A program made the translations under genes and the position numbers. Shown in pieces: positions 8,335 to 17,074 of a DNA stretch of 32,000 nt. Positions within the stretch are counted from its first letter, which is position 1. Each line of letters begins with the position of its first letter. The notes below the pieces were generated by a model. It saw only the letters and a list, made by a program, of their open reading frames with translations. It made no database searches and had not been told where the DNA came from. Source of the DNA: Cupriavidus necator (GTDB taxonomy: Bacteria; Pseudomonadota; Gammaproteobacteria; Burkholderiales; Burkholderiaceae); NCBI RefSeq assembly GCF_016127575.1, contig NZ_CP066019.1, positions 2,430,001 through 2,462,000 on the forward strand, in the 5' to 3' direction.

Positions 8335-9084
8335 TCAGCCCGCGGAGGCATTGTCCGCAATGCTGTCCGGAAAGGTGCCGCCCAGCGCCTGGGTCAGCGC
8401 GCGCGCCGCATGCAGCACATCGACGCGGAAGTCTTCACGGTAGCGCGAGGCCGGGCAGGTCAGCGTCAGCGCGCCGCACAGCACATCACCGGGACCGAAT
8501 ACCGGCGCCGACACCCCGGCAAGATCGGGGCTGCGGTCGCCCACCAGTGCCGCCACGCCCTCGTGCCGGATGCGCTCGTAGAGCGTGCCGGACTCGCCGG
8601 CAAAGGCGCGCAGCACGCGCGCGCCGGCGCCCCGGTCGCGCGGCAGCAGTTCGCCGGCGCGGACATGGTCGCGCACCGGCTGCGGCGAATCGACGCGGTA
8701 CAGGCACAGCCGGTGCTCGCCCTGCTCGACATGGAAGGCCGCGCTTTCACGCGTGATGCGCACCAGCTCGCGCAGCGCCGGCATCACCACCGCCTCCAAT
8801 GAGAACGACGCGGCGTAGACGGCATTGAGCCGCGCCACCTCGGGCCCCAGGCCATAGCGCCCGTCGGACTGGCGCCGCACCAGCCCGGCGTGCTCAAGCG
8901 AGGCCAGCAAGCGCAGCAGCGTGCTCTTGTACAGGCCGCTGCGTTGCGCCAGCTCGGCCAGCCCCAGCGCGGTATCGCCGAGACGGAACACCGACAGCAC
9001 GAACAGCGCCCGGTCCACGGCGATGGCGCCGCCCGCGGCGGCGTGCTTGTCGGCTTCTGAAACCTGTGCGGCTTTGCGTGGCAT
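8335..9084 (-). CDS. IclR family transcriptional regulator
   Basis: The 249-aa product has an N-terminal winged HTH (AVDRALFVLSVF...LGLAELAQRSGLYKSTLLRLLASLEHAGLV) and a C-terminal IclR effector domain. Confidence 0.9.
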   Translation of the reverse strand: MPRKAAQVSEADKHAAAGGAIAVDRALFVLSVFRLGDTALGLAELAQRSGLYKSTLLRLLASLEHAGLVRRQSDGRYGLGPEVARLNAVYAASFSLEAVVMPALRELVRITRESAAFHVEQGEHRLCLYRVDSPQPVRDHVRAGELLPRDRGAGARVLRAFAGESGTLYERIRHEGVAALVGDRSPDLAGVSAPVFGPGDVLCGALTLTCPASRYREDFRVDVLHAARALTQALGGTFPDSIADNASAG

Positions 9085-9498
9085 GGCGGACGGCGGCGAT
9101 CCTGGCTGGACCGGATGACGGAACGATGCGCCAACGTATAGAACGCACCCCGGCTTGTCAATCCGCCCTGCTCCGTGTCAATGACCCGGCACACGTGCGG
9201 CGAGCTCGCGCAACAGATGCCGCATGCGTCCACGTATCCGCCCGGCGCGCTGGCGTTTTTCTGCAACACCGCGGCCGGCCTCTGCCGCCGCCCGGGCCGC
9301 TGCCAAAGCGCCTTCGCCGCCCCCTCGGCTACCGCATGCGCCACATTGCTTGCGCGTACTCGCCACTCCCGGCTTTGCAAGCGGAATTAGAGGGAAAGTT
9401 ACCTGCTTTTGATTCAGCAGCCGCTGCACGGGGTGGATAAAATCATGTGTTGCTGACCTTCGCGCAATCCCTGCGCTGCTTTCCGTACCCTCGCTGCA

Positions 9499-9765
9499 AT
9501 GTCTCACCGCCGTGCTTTTCCCGACCCTGGTATGACCGTTCCCGCTCTCTCGCTTGGCGCCATCCTGGATGACCTGCGTAGTGCCCCGCGCCCGCTGACT
9601 TCCGCGGAGTACACATACCTGGCCCACCTGCGGCAGCGTATCGTCACCGGCGACGCAGACCTGTGGACCACGCTCGAGACCGCGGGCGTGCCATGCAGGG
9701 AACGCCGCCTGTCGCCCGAGGTGGTGCAGGCACTGACCGCGATCGGCCATTTGCCAATGCACTGA
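9499..9765 (+). CDS. hypothetical protein (orphan, 88 aa; alternative start 9532)
   Basis: This is an open frame with moderate third-position GC enrichment (about 76% versus about 62% locally). It has no recognisable domain and no clear RBS. Confidence 0.35.
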   Translation: MSHRRAFPDPGMTVPALSLGAILDDLRSAPRPLTSAEYTYLAHLRQRIVTGDADLWTTLETAGVPCRERRLSPEVVQALTAIGHLPMH

Positions 9766-9925
9766 GCCCGGCGCACGCCACCCCACATTGCAGAAATTTC
9801 CCCGGATCATTTCGGAAAACCGCACCCTCCAGCCTGCCTGCGTCCCGCTACGATCGATTTCCTTTCGATTCGCCGGGCACCGTGCTTTCAGTCAACTGCC
9901 AAGCATGCCCCGCCACGGCCCAGCC

Positions 9926-10294
9926 ATGGCTTACCCATCCAGCAACCGGCGCGTCAGCTTCCTGTCGTTGCGCGCCTATGTCGCAGTGATGCAGCACCGT
10001 GATGCCGTCCGCGCCGCGCAAGCGCTGCGCATCCATCCGCAAAGGCTGTACTACCACATCCGCGGCCTCGAGGCCGCGCTCGGCAAGCCGCTGTTCAGCA
10101 CTTGCAGCCCGGACTGGCTGCCGACATCCACGGGCGTGACCGCACTGCCCAAGGTCGTCGCCATGCTGGCCATCTGGGATCAGATCGAGGCGGGCATCCG
10201 TGCCAGCCAGCCTGCCGCGGCGGCCCGGGAAGCCGAGCCCGGCGCCATTGCGCGCTACGGCGCCGCATTCTGGGTGCGGCAGGCGACGATGTAG
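9926..10294 (+). CDS. LysR-type HTH domain protein lacking the effector-binding domain (truncated LysR or stand-alone HTH)
   Basis: LSLRAYVAVMQHRDAVRAAQALRIHPQRLYYHIRGLEAALGKPLF matches the LysR N-terminal wHTH, followed by a linker helix only. The stop at 10292-10294 lies 2 nt from the stop of the convergent methyltransferase. An alternative ATG is at 9905. Confidence 0.55.
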   Translation: MAYPSSNRRVSFLSLRAYVAVMQHRDAVRAAQALRIHPQRLYYHIRGLEAALGKPLFSTCSPDWLPTSTGVTALPKVVAMLAIWDQIEAGIRASQPAAAAREAEPGAIARYGAAFWVRQATM

Positions 10295-10296
10295 CG

Positions 10297-11067
10297 TCAG
10301 GCCAGCCGTTCGCAGCAATAGGCCTCGGTGCGATAAGGGAAGGCAACCTCGGCACGGCCCGCCAGCGCGGGATGCCCGTCGATGACCGCCTGCAGCCGTG
10401 CGCGCACGCGGGCCTGCTCCGCTGCCGGCAGCGCGGCAATGAAGCTCACCGACATCACCCGGTCCACGATCACCTGCTGCGGCGCCCCCACATGCGTGTA
10501 GGGCTGGCACTGCAGCGCCAGCGGCCCAAAGCCCTCGGCGGGAAAGACCCGCTTCCAGTCACCCCTGTAGAAACGCGGCGCGTCGCCTTCATACGGCATC
10601 ATGATGGCTGTCAGCTGCGCCACCCAGTCCACGCTTTCATCGCGCACGTTCCATACCAACCCGAGCCGGCCGCCAGGGCGCAGCACGCGGCCGATTTCCG
10701 CCATCGCGCCCGCATTGGCAAACCAGTGGAAGGCCTGCGCGCAGACCACGGCATCGACGCTGGCATCGGCCAGCGGAATGGCCTCGGCACTGCCTTCCAG
10801 CGCCTGTACCGACGGCAGCGCCACGGCCAGCTGAGCGCGCATCTGCGCCACCGGTTCGACTGCGATCACCGTCGTGCCGGTCTCCGCCAGCCGGCGCGTG
10901 AACTTGCCGGTGCCAGCGCCCAGGTCCAGCACGGTGCGGCCGGCGCGCAGGCCCAGCGTGCCGCGCAGCCAGGCGTCGATTTCAGCGGGATATTCGGGGC
11001 GTCCGCGCGCGTAGGTATCGGCCTGGCTGGCGAATCCCTGTGCGGCGGCCTGGTGGATGGCGGTCAT
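10297..11067 (-). CDS. class I SAM-dependent methyltransferase
   Basis: The 256-aa product has SAM-binding motif I VLDLGAGTGKFT and post-I/II motifs (VIAVEP, DAVVCAQAFHWF). Confidence 0.9.
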   Translation of the reverse strand: MTAIHQAAAQGFASQADTYARGRPEYPAEIDAWLRGTLGLRAGRTVLDLGAGTGKFTRRLAETGTTVIAVEPVAQMRAQLAVALPSVQALEGSAEAIPLADASVDAVVCAQAFHWFANAGAMAEIGRVLRPGGRLGLVWNVRDESVDWVAQLTAIMMPYEGDAPRFYRGDWKRVFPAEGFGPLALQCQPYTHVGAPQQVIVDRVMSVSFIAALPAAEQARVRARLQAVIDGHPALAGRAEVAFPYRTEAYCCERLA

Positions 11068-11105
11068 GGGCGAGCTCCGGTTGCCTACCGGAGGCGTAGC
11101 CTACG

Positions 11106-11123
11106 CCCCATGCCGGCACGGGG
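11106..11123 (-). terminator. near-perfect 18-nt palindrome downstream of the ABC permease gene
   Basis: CCCCATGCCGGCACGGGG has one mismatched pair. Two further short hairpins follow (GGCGTAG/CTACGCC and CTCCGG/CCGGAG). There is no U-run, so terminator function is uncertain. Confidence 0.25.
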
Positions 11124-11134
11124 CAAGCGGGCGG

Positions 11135-12016
11135 CTAGTGCTGCATGCCCCAGCGGCGCACCGTCAGCCGTTCCAGCGTGGTGAACACCAGTCCCTCCAC
11201 CAGCAGCCCGATCAGGATCACCGCGGCCAGCCCTGCAAAAACGCGGTCGGTGTAGAGCTCATTGCGGTTCTGGAAGATAAACCAGCCCAGCCCGCCCTGC
11301 CCCGACGACGCGCCGAACACCAGCTCGGCCGCGATCAGCGTGCGCCACGCAAAGGCCCAGCCGATCTTCAGGCCCGACAGGATCGCCGGCAGCGCCGCCG
11401 GCACCAGCACCAGCGCGACATAGCGCAGCCCGCGCAGGCCGTAGTTGCGGCCCGCCATGCGCAGCGTCGGCGGCACCGCCCGGAAGCCCGCGTACATGTT
11501 CAGCGCCAGCGGCCACAGCACCGAATGGACCAGCACGAAGACCAAGCTTTTGGTGCCCAGCCCGAACCACAGCAGCGCCAGCGGCAACAGCGCGATCGCC
11601 GGCAGCGGATTGAACATGGCGGTGAGCGTGTCCAGCACATCGCGCCCGAAGCGCGTGGACACCGCCAGCGAGGTCAGCACGAACGCCAGCACGATCCCGG
11701 CCGCATAGCCGCGCAGCAGCACCGACAGCGAAATCGCCGCCTTGCCCGGCAGCTCGCCGCTGGCCACCGCGTCGCCGAAGGCGCGCATCGTGGCCAGGCA
11801 TGACGGCAGCAGCAGGTCGTTGTCCTGCACGCGCGCCACCAGCTCCCAGATCAGCCCCAGCGCCAGCAGGATCACCGCCTTGCGCAGCCAGCCGTGTTGC
11901 CACAGGCGCTGGTGCCACGGCAGCGCGCGCGCAAGCGGCGCTTCGGTGAAGGGTTCAGACTCGCGTTCGTATTCGGGCCGAAGCGTGTCGGCCAATGTCA
12001 GTGTCGGTTGCGTCAT
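11135..12016 (-). CDS. ABC transporter permease, TauC/SsuC (nitrate/sulfonate/taurine) family
   Basis: ATG at 12016. The 293-aa product is polytopic and has an EAA-like loop (TLRMAGRNYGLRGLRYVALVLVPAALP). It lies in an operon with a matching ATPase and SBP. Confidence 0.9.
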   Translation of the reverse strand: MTQPTLTLADTLRPEYERESEPFTEAPLARALPWHQRLWQHGWLRKAVILLALGLIWELVARVQDNDLLLPSCLATMRAFGDAVASGELPGKAAISLSVLLRGYAAGIVLAFVLTSLAVSTRFGRDVLDTLTAMFNPLPAIALLPLALLWFGLGTKSLVFVLVHSVLWPLALNMYAGFRAVPPTLRMAGRNYGLRGLRYVALVLVPAALPAILSGLKIGWAFAWRTLIAAELVFGASSGQGGLGWFIFQNRNELYTDRVFAGLAAVILIGLLVEGLVFTTLERLTVRRWGMQH

Positions 12017-12032
12017 GATGCGATGTCCCGGT

Positions 12033-12869
12033 TCAGCGGCCCGCCGCGCTGCGCGCACGCGGCGCGGCCTCGGCGGCGGGTTCGTCGAACAGCAAGGTAT
12101 GGATGCGTTGCGCGGCGGCCTGGAATTCGGCGCCGCCCTGGCTGGCCAGGCTGAACTGGTGGCTGTTGAGTTCCGCGCGCACGCGGCCCGGGTGCGGCGA
12201 CAGCAGCAGGATGCGGCTGCCCACCACCAGCGCCTCTTCGATCGAATGCGTGACAAACAGCAGCGTGAAGGCCGCGTCGTCCCACAGCGCCAGCAGCTCT
12301 TCCTGCATGCGCCGGCGCGTGAGCGCGTCCAGCGCGGCAAAGGGCTCGTCCATCAGCAGCACCTTGGGGCGCATCGCCAGCGCGCGCGCGATCGCCACGC
12401 GCTGCTTCATGCCGCCCGACAGCGTATGCGGATAGGCATCGGCAAAACCGGCCAGCCCGACCTTGTGCAGGCTGTCCAGCGCCAGCTCGCGCGCCTCCGC
12501 CCGCGACAGCTTGCGCGCCTGCCGCAGCGGGAACATCACGTTCTGCGCCACCGTCTGCCACGGCGGCAGCTGGTCGAACTCCTGGAACACCACGATGCGG
12601 TCCGGGCCGGGCTGCAGCACACGCCGGCCTTCAAGCCGGATCTCGCCCTCGCTGGGCGGAACGAACCCGGCAACCGCCTTCAGCAGCGTGGACTTGCCGC
12701 AGCCGGACGGGCCCAGCAGCACGAAGCGGTCGCCGGCATGCACGTCGAAGCTGACACGATGGGTGGCGCGCACGATGCGCTCGGGCGTCCGGTATTCCAG
12801 CGACACGCCATCGACCTGCAGCAACGGCGTGGCGCGCTCCGACACCACGCGCAGGTTATGGATGGCCAT
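12033..12869 (-). CDS. ABC transporter ATP-binding protein, TauB/SsuB family
   Basis: Walker A GPSGCGKST, signature [15 protein letters not shown] and Walker B VLLMDEPFAALD are present. AGGGGAG lies upstream of ATG 12869. Confidence 0.92.
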   Translation of the reverse strand: MAIHNLRVVSERATPLLQVDGVSLEYRTPERIVRATHRVSFDVHAGDRFVLLGPSGCGKSTLLKAVAGFVPPSEGEIRLEGRRVLQPGPDRIVVFQEFDQLPPWQTVAQNVMFPLRQARKLSRAEARELALDSLHKVGLAGFADAYPHTLSGGMKQRVAIARALAMRPKVLLMDEPFAALDALTRRRMQEELLALWDDAAFTLLFVTHSIEEALVVGSRILLLSPHPGRVRAELNSHQFSLASQGGAEFQAAAQRIHTLLFDEPAAEAAPRARSAAGR

Positions 12870-12871
12870 GC

Positions 12872-13882
12872 TCAGCTCCCCTGCGCGGTGACCGGGTCCT
12901 GGAAGAAGTAGTCCTGCCAGGACTTGGGCTGGTTGCGGATCGCGCCAACGCGGTGCATGAAAGCGGCCAGCGCAAAGGTGTTCTGCGGCGCCACGCGGAA
13001 CTGCACCTGCGGATTCTTCAGCACGCGCAGCAGCAGCGCGCGGTCGGTTTTGGCCTTGCTCTGCCGCAGGTAGATGTCGGCGGCCGCTTCCGGATTGGCG
13101 GTGGCAAAGGCCGCGGCCTCGGCCAGCGCATCGACGAAGGCGCGATAGGTCTTGGGGTTGTCGCTGCGGAACTTCTCGGTCGCGTACAGCACCGTGGAAG
13201 AACTCGGACCGCCCAGCACGTCATACGAATTCAGCACGATACGCGCGTTGGGGTTGCCCGCCAGTTCCTGCTCCTGGAACGGCGGATTGCCGAAGTGGCC
13301 GGTGATCTCGGTGCCGCCGGAAATGATCGCCGCGGCGGCATCCGGGTGCGGCACCGCCACGGTCCACTTGTCGAGGCGGTTGTATTCCTTGTCGCCCCAT
13401 TGCCTGGCCGCAGCCAGTTGCAGCACGCGCGACTGGACCGAAACGCCCACCGCCGGCAGCGCGATGCGGTCCTTCTCGGTGAAGTCGGCAATCGACTTCA
13501 CCTTGGGGTTGTTGCTGACCAGGTAGTACGGGAAGTTGCCCAGCGATGCCACGCCCCGCACGTTCTGCTTGCCGTGGGTGCGGTCCCACAGCGTCAGCAG
13601 CGGGCCCACGCCGGCGCCGGCGATATCGATGGCACCGGACAGCAGCGCGTCATTGACCGCGGCGCCGCCCGACAGTTGCGTCCATTCGACCTTGATGTCG
13701 ACACCCTGCTGCTTGCCGTGCTTTTCAATCAGCTGCTGGTCGCGCGCCACGTTGAGCAGCAGGTAGACCACGCCAAACTGCTCGGCGATGCGCAGCTTGC
13801 CTTCGGCGTGCGCGTTGCCGGTGATGGCCAGGCCGGCGCTCAGCGCCAGCAGGCCGAGCTTGCGGGAAAAACGAGAAAACAT
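12872..13882 (-). CDS. periplasmic substrate-binding protein, NMT1/THI5-like (TauA/SsuA family)
   Basis: ATG 13882 has a GGAG RBS. A Sec signal peptide (MFSRFSRKLGLLALSAGLAITGNAHA) is present, and the stop lies 2 nt before the ATPase start. Confidence 0.88.
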   Translation of the reverse strand: MFSRFSRKLGLLALSAGLAITGNAHAEGKLRIAEQFGVVYLLLNVARDQQLIEKHGKQQGVDIKVEWTQLSGGAAVNDALLSGAIDIAGAGVGPLLTLWDRTHGKQNVRGVASLGNFPYYLVSNNPKVKSIADFTEKDRIALPAVGVSVQSRVLQLAAARQWGDKEYNRLDKWTVAVPHPDAAAAIISGGTEITGHFGNPPFQEQELAGNPNARIVLNSYDVLGGPSSSTVLYATEKFRSDNPKTYRAFVDALAEAAAFATANPEAAADIYLRQSKAKTDRALLLRVLKNPQVQFRVAPQNTFALAAFMHRVGAIRNQPKSWQDYFFQDPVTAQGS

Positions 13883-13962
13883 GACAGAACTCCGGGGAAT
13901 ACAGTGGATTGGCGCTCGCCGCTGCGAGCGCCCTGGGATGACTTGCGACACCGTTTCCGCCT

Positions 13963-14892
13963 TCAGCGCGGCACGTCGCCTTCGATGGTGGTGCGGTACA
14001 TCACGCGCCGCTGTTCCGGCGGACAGCCCGCGGCAAGATGCAGCAGCGAGCGGTTGTCCCAGAACACCAGGTCATGTGGCTGCCACTGGTGGCGGTAGAT
14101 GTGGGCGGGCTTGACGCTGTGCGCGAACAACTGGTCCAGCAGGTCGCGGCTTTCCTGCTCGGGCAGGCCGACGATGCGGGTGGTGAAGTGCTCGCTGACA
14201 AAGAGCGCCTTGCGCCCTGTCTCCGGATGGGTGCGCACCACCGGCTGCAGCACCGGCCTGACCTGCGCGATCTGCTCCGGCGTCAGGTCGGGCCGCCACG
14301 GGCTGCGCTGCTGCAGCTCGGCATAGCGCGCCAGGTAGGTGTGCTCGGCGTGCAGGCCATCGACGGCGCGTTGCAGCGCCGACGGCAGCGTGTCCCAGGC
14401 CAGATGCATGTTGGCGAACAGCGTGTCGCCGCCTTCGGCGGGCAGCTCGCGCGCATGCAGCAGCGAACCGAGGCTGGGCTTTTCCTTGTACGACAGGTCC
14501 GAATGCCAGAAGTGGCCGGCATCGCCGAGCCCGATCGGCTTGCCGTTCTCGACCACGTTGGACACCACCAGCACTTCCGCATGGCCCGGCAGCTGGAACT
14601 GGTGCAGCACGTGGATCTGCAACGGCCCGAAGCGGCGGCTGAAATCGATCTGCTGCGCGGGCGTGATCTGCTGGTCGCGGAACACCACCACGTGGTAGTC
14701 GAGGTGGGCGCGATGGATGCGGACAACATCCGCGTCGGACAGCGGCTGCGACAAGTCGAGCCCGATCACTTCCGCGCCCAGCGGCGCGTCCAGCGGACGG
14801 ATCTCGAAGTTGCCCGCGTCTGCTGACAATGCGGTGGAAAGCGGCGCGCTCTGCTGGCGCGAAACACTAGCGTGGGCGGTTGCGGTCGTCAT
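13963..14892 (-). CDS. TauD/TfdA family Fe(II)/2-oxoglutarate dioxygenase (taurine/sulfonate dioxygenase-like)
   Basis: The 309-aa product has an HxD iron ligand in FWHSDLSY and a distal His in VFWDNRSLLHLA. It is the first gene of the dioxygenase-SBP-ATPase-permease set. Confidence 0.88.
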   Translation of the reverse strand: MTTATAHASVSRQQSAPLSTALSADAGNFEIRPLDAPLGAEVIGLDLSQPLSDADVVRIHRAHLDYHVVVFRDQQITPAQQIDFSRRFGPLQIHVLHQFQLPGHAEVLVVSNVVENGKPIGLGDAGHFWHSDLSYKEKPSLGSLLHARELPAEGGDTLFANMHLAWDTLPSALQRAVDGLHAEHTYLARYAELQQRSPWRPDLTPEQIAQVRPVLQPVVRTHPETGRKALFVSEHFTTRIVGLPEQESRDLLDQLFAHSVKPAHIYRHQWQPHDLVFWDNRSLLHLAAGCPPEQRRVMYRTTIEGDVPR

Positions 14893-14999
14893 GGCAAGCT
14901 CTGGCACGGGGGAAACCGATGCGGCATCCGGGATGCCGCGTACAAGCTTGCACTGTAGAGAGCCGGCCATTGCACCGTCAACGAATCATATTGCTGGCC

Positions 15000-15022
15000 C
15001 TTATCCGCTTATCGCATATCCA
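15000..15022. promoter_or_regulatory. AT-rich repeat motif upstream of the TauD-like gene (CTTATCCG-CTTATCGC-ATATCCA)
   Basis: A tandem CTTATC direct repeat is present. CCGCTTATCG (15005-15014) recurs exactly at 17031-17040, and CGCATATCCA (15013-15022) recurs exactly at 23103-23112. All three copies are intergenic and upstream of sulfur genes. Confidence 0.35.
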
Positions 15023-15043
15023 TGTCTCGACATTTGCCAGCCA

Positions 15044-15631
15044 TCAGGGCTTGCCGGGGCAAGCGCTGCGGCACGGCACGTTGGCCGTATCCGGGCGCGC
15101 GTCGGCGACAAAGCCATCGCGGTTCGGCATCTTCACCTGCGGCAGCGTGCGCGCGTCCAGCACCGCATCCGCGGGCAGGATGCCGTTCTTGTGCAGCAGC
15201 CACGCGGTGACGGCATAGACCTCGTCCGGTGCCAGGCTCTGCGGCGCGTTGTAGGGCATGGCACGGTTGATGAAGTCGAATACCGTGGTCGCATAAGGCC
15301 AGAAGCTGCCGATGGTCTTGACCGGGTCCTTGCCCCTGGCGGCGTCCTTCAGCGTGCCCTGCCCGCCCACCAGCGCATCGGCCGGCTTGCCTTCGCCATT
15401 GACGCCGTGACATGCGGCACAGTGCTGCGCATAGACCTGCTGGCCACGCGCGACCGTGCCGCTGCCCGGCGGCAGGCCCGTGCCGTCCGGGGTCACGTCG
15501 ATATTCCACGCGGCAAGGTCGAGCTCGCTGGCGGGGCGGCCTATGCCGTAGGCCTGCGCAAGGACCGTTTGGGCCGCGCAAGCCAGCGCCAGCACGGCGG
15601 CGGCGCCACTGATTCGTTCAAGCGCGCGCAT
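15044..15631 (-). CDS. sorB: c-type cytochrome subunit of sulfite dehydrogenase (SorB-like)
   Basis: ATG 15631. A signal peptide and a single CAACH haem-binding motif are present. The gene overlaps the upstream molybdoenzyme gene by 14 nt. Confidence 0.75.
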   Translation of the reverse strand: MRALERISGAAAVLALACAAQTVLAQAYGIGRPASELDLAAWNIDVTPDGTGLPPGSGTVARGQQVYAQHCAACHGVNGEGKPADALVGGQGTLKDAARGKDPVKTIGSFWPYATTVFDFINRAMPYNAPQSLAPDEVYAVTAWLLHKNGILPADAVLDARTLPQVKMPNRDGFVADARPDTANVPCRSACPGKP

Positions 15632-16859
15632 TGGCAATACTCCCGTCCGCGGCCACGCGCCAGCGCTGGATCGCGTTGTAGTGATAGGTGGAAGCCACGC
15701 CGCGCGCGGCCACCAGCTGGTCCGGCGTGGGCTGGACGTTGCCGGCTTCGTCGATGGCGCGGCTCTCCAGCGAAGCTGGCCCGCCATCCCAGCGCCACGG
15801 CAGGCGGAAGCGCACCAGCGCGCGGTCCAGCACCGGCTCCTGCAACTGCGCCTCGCGCCAGCTGCGGCCACCGTCGACCGACACCTCGACGCGGCGGATG
15901 CGCCCATGGCCCGACCACGCCAGGCCCGAGATCTCATAGAACCCGCGCTCACGCAGTCTGTGATCCGGCGCGGGGAAGGTAATCACGGACTTCACGTCCA
16001 TCAGGAAGGTGAACTGCCGCGCGCTGCCGTCGGGCAAGGAGTCCGTGTACTTCGACGTCTCTTCGCGCGACATGAACGGCGCGCGCCCCAGCTTCAGGCG
16101 CCGCAGCCACTTGATGGACATGTTGCCCTCATAGCCCGGCAGGAACAGCCGCAGCGGATAGCCATGCTCGGGCCGCAGCATCTCGCCGTTCTGCGCATAG
16201 ACCAGCATTGCATCTTCCAGCGCCTTGGCCAGCGGCACGCTGCGCGTCATGGCTGCGCCATCGGCGCCTTCGGCCAGCACCCAGGCCGCATCCGGCGCCA
16301 CGCCGACTTCATCGAGCACCACGGACAACGGCACGCCGGTCCACTCACAGCAAGACAGCAGGCCGTGGCTGATCTGCACGGACTTGGCACCGGGCGCCTT
16401 CCACTCGCGTCCGGTGTTGCCCGAGCACTCCAGGAAATGGATGCGCGATACCGACGGCAGGCGCACCAGGTCGTCCATGGTGAAGATGCGCGGGCGCGCC
16501 ACCAGCCCGTGCACCGCCAGCCGGTGCTGCGCCGGGTCGATCAGCGGGATGCCGGCGTGATGGCGCTCGAACACCAGCCCGGTCGGCGTGATGATGCCGC
16601 GCAGGTCCTGCAGCGGCGTCATCGACGAGTTGGCGCCGGGAAGCGGCGCCGCGCTGCGGCTGCGCCGCACCACGTCTTTCTCGAACGGGGACGGCTGGCC
16701 GTAGGCATGCCACAGCACGGGCTCGCCCGGCGTGCGCGTCCACGGCGCAACCGTCAGGGGCTCAGCGCGCGCCGCAGTGGCGGCGCCGGCCGCGGCGGCG
16801 CCCAGCACCGCCCCGCGCTGCAGGAAGCGCCGGCGGCCGGAAGTCAGGTCATTGCTCAT
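15618..16859 (-). CDS. sorA: sulfite dehydrogenase molybdopterin subunit (sulfite oxidase family, SorA-like)
   Basis: A twin-arginine signal (SGRRRFLQRGAVLGAAAAG) and the molybdenum-ligand Cys context HFLECSGNTGREW are present. The 413-aa product is paired with a cytochrome c gene. Confidence 0.85.
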   Translation of the reverse strand: MSNDLTSGRRRFLQRGAVLGAAAAGAATAARAEPLTVAPWTRTPGEPVLWHAYGQPSPFEKDVVRRSRSAAPLPGANSSMTPLQDLRGIITPTGLVFERHHAGIPLIDPAQHRLAVHGLVARPRIFTMDDLVRLPSVSRIHFLECSGNTGREWKAPGAKSVQISHGLLSCCEWTGVPLSVVLDEVGVAPDAAWVLAEGADGAAMTRSVPLAKALEDAMLVYAQNGEMLRPEHGYPLRLFLPGYEGNMSIKWLRRLKLGRAPFMSREETSKYTDSLPDGSARQFTFLMDVKSVITFPAPDHRLRERGFYEISGLAWSGHGRIRRVEVSVDGGRSWREAQLQEPVLDRALVRFRLPWRWDGGPASLESRAIDEAGNVQPTPDQLVAARGVASTYHYNAIQRWRVAADGSIANARA

Positions 16860-17074
16860 CGTTAGGGCGTGGTCAGTCTGGTAGCGATCAAAATGCGCAG
16901 ACTGTAGGACAGCACCGGCACTCGGCCAACGAAGAAGAATGCATGCCGATATGCCAACGCCGCGCTGCGCGCCATATGCGCGGGGCCGATAACCAAAGCC
17001 GGAATCATTCGTTCAGGTCCGCGCGCCGCGCCGCTTATCGTGGAGCCGTCCTCCACTTCAAGAAGGTCTGCACG

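Noticed and set aside
9175-9390. A 71-aa Cys-rich ORF on the plus strand, and the antisense frame of 8784..9380, within the IclR upstream gap. The block shows three-base GC periodicity (about 61/68/81%).
   Set aside because: There is no RBS or recognisable domain. The periodicity fits the minus frame better, but that frame runs into the IclR CDS out of frame. It is most likely a decayed coding remnant, and I could not support a feature.
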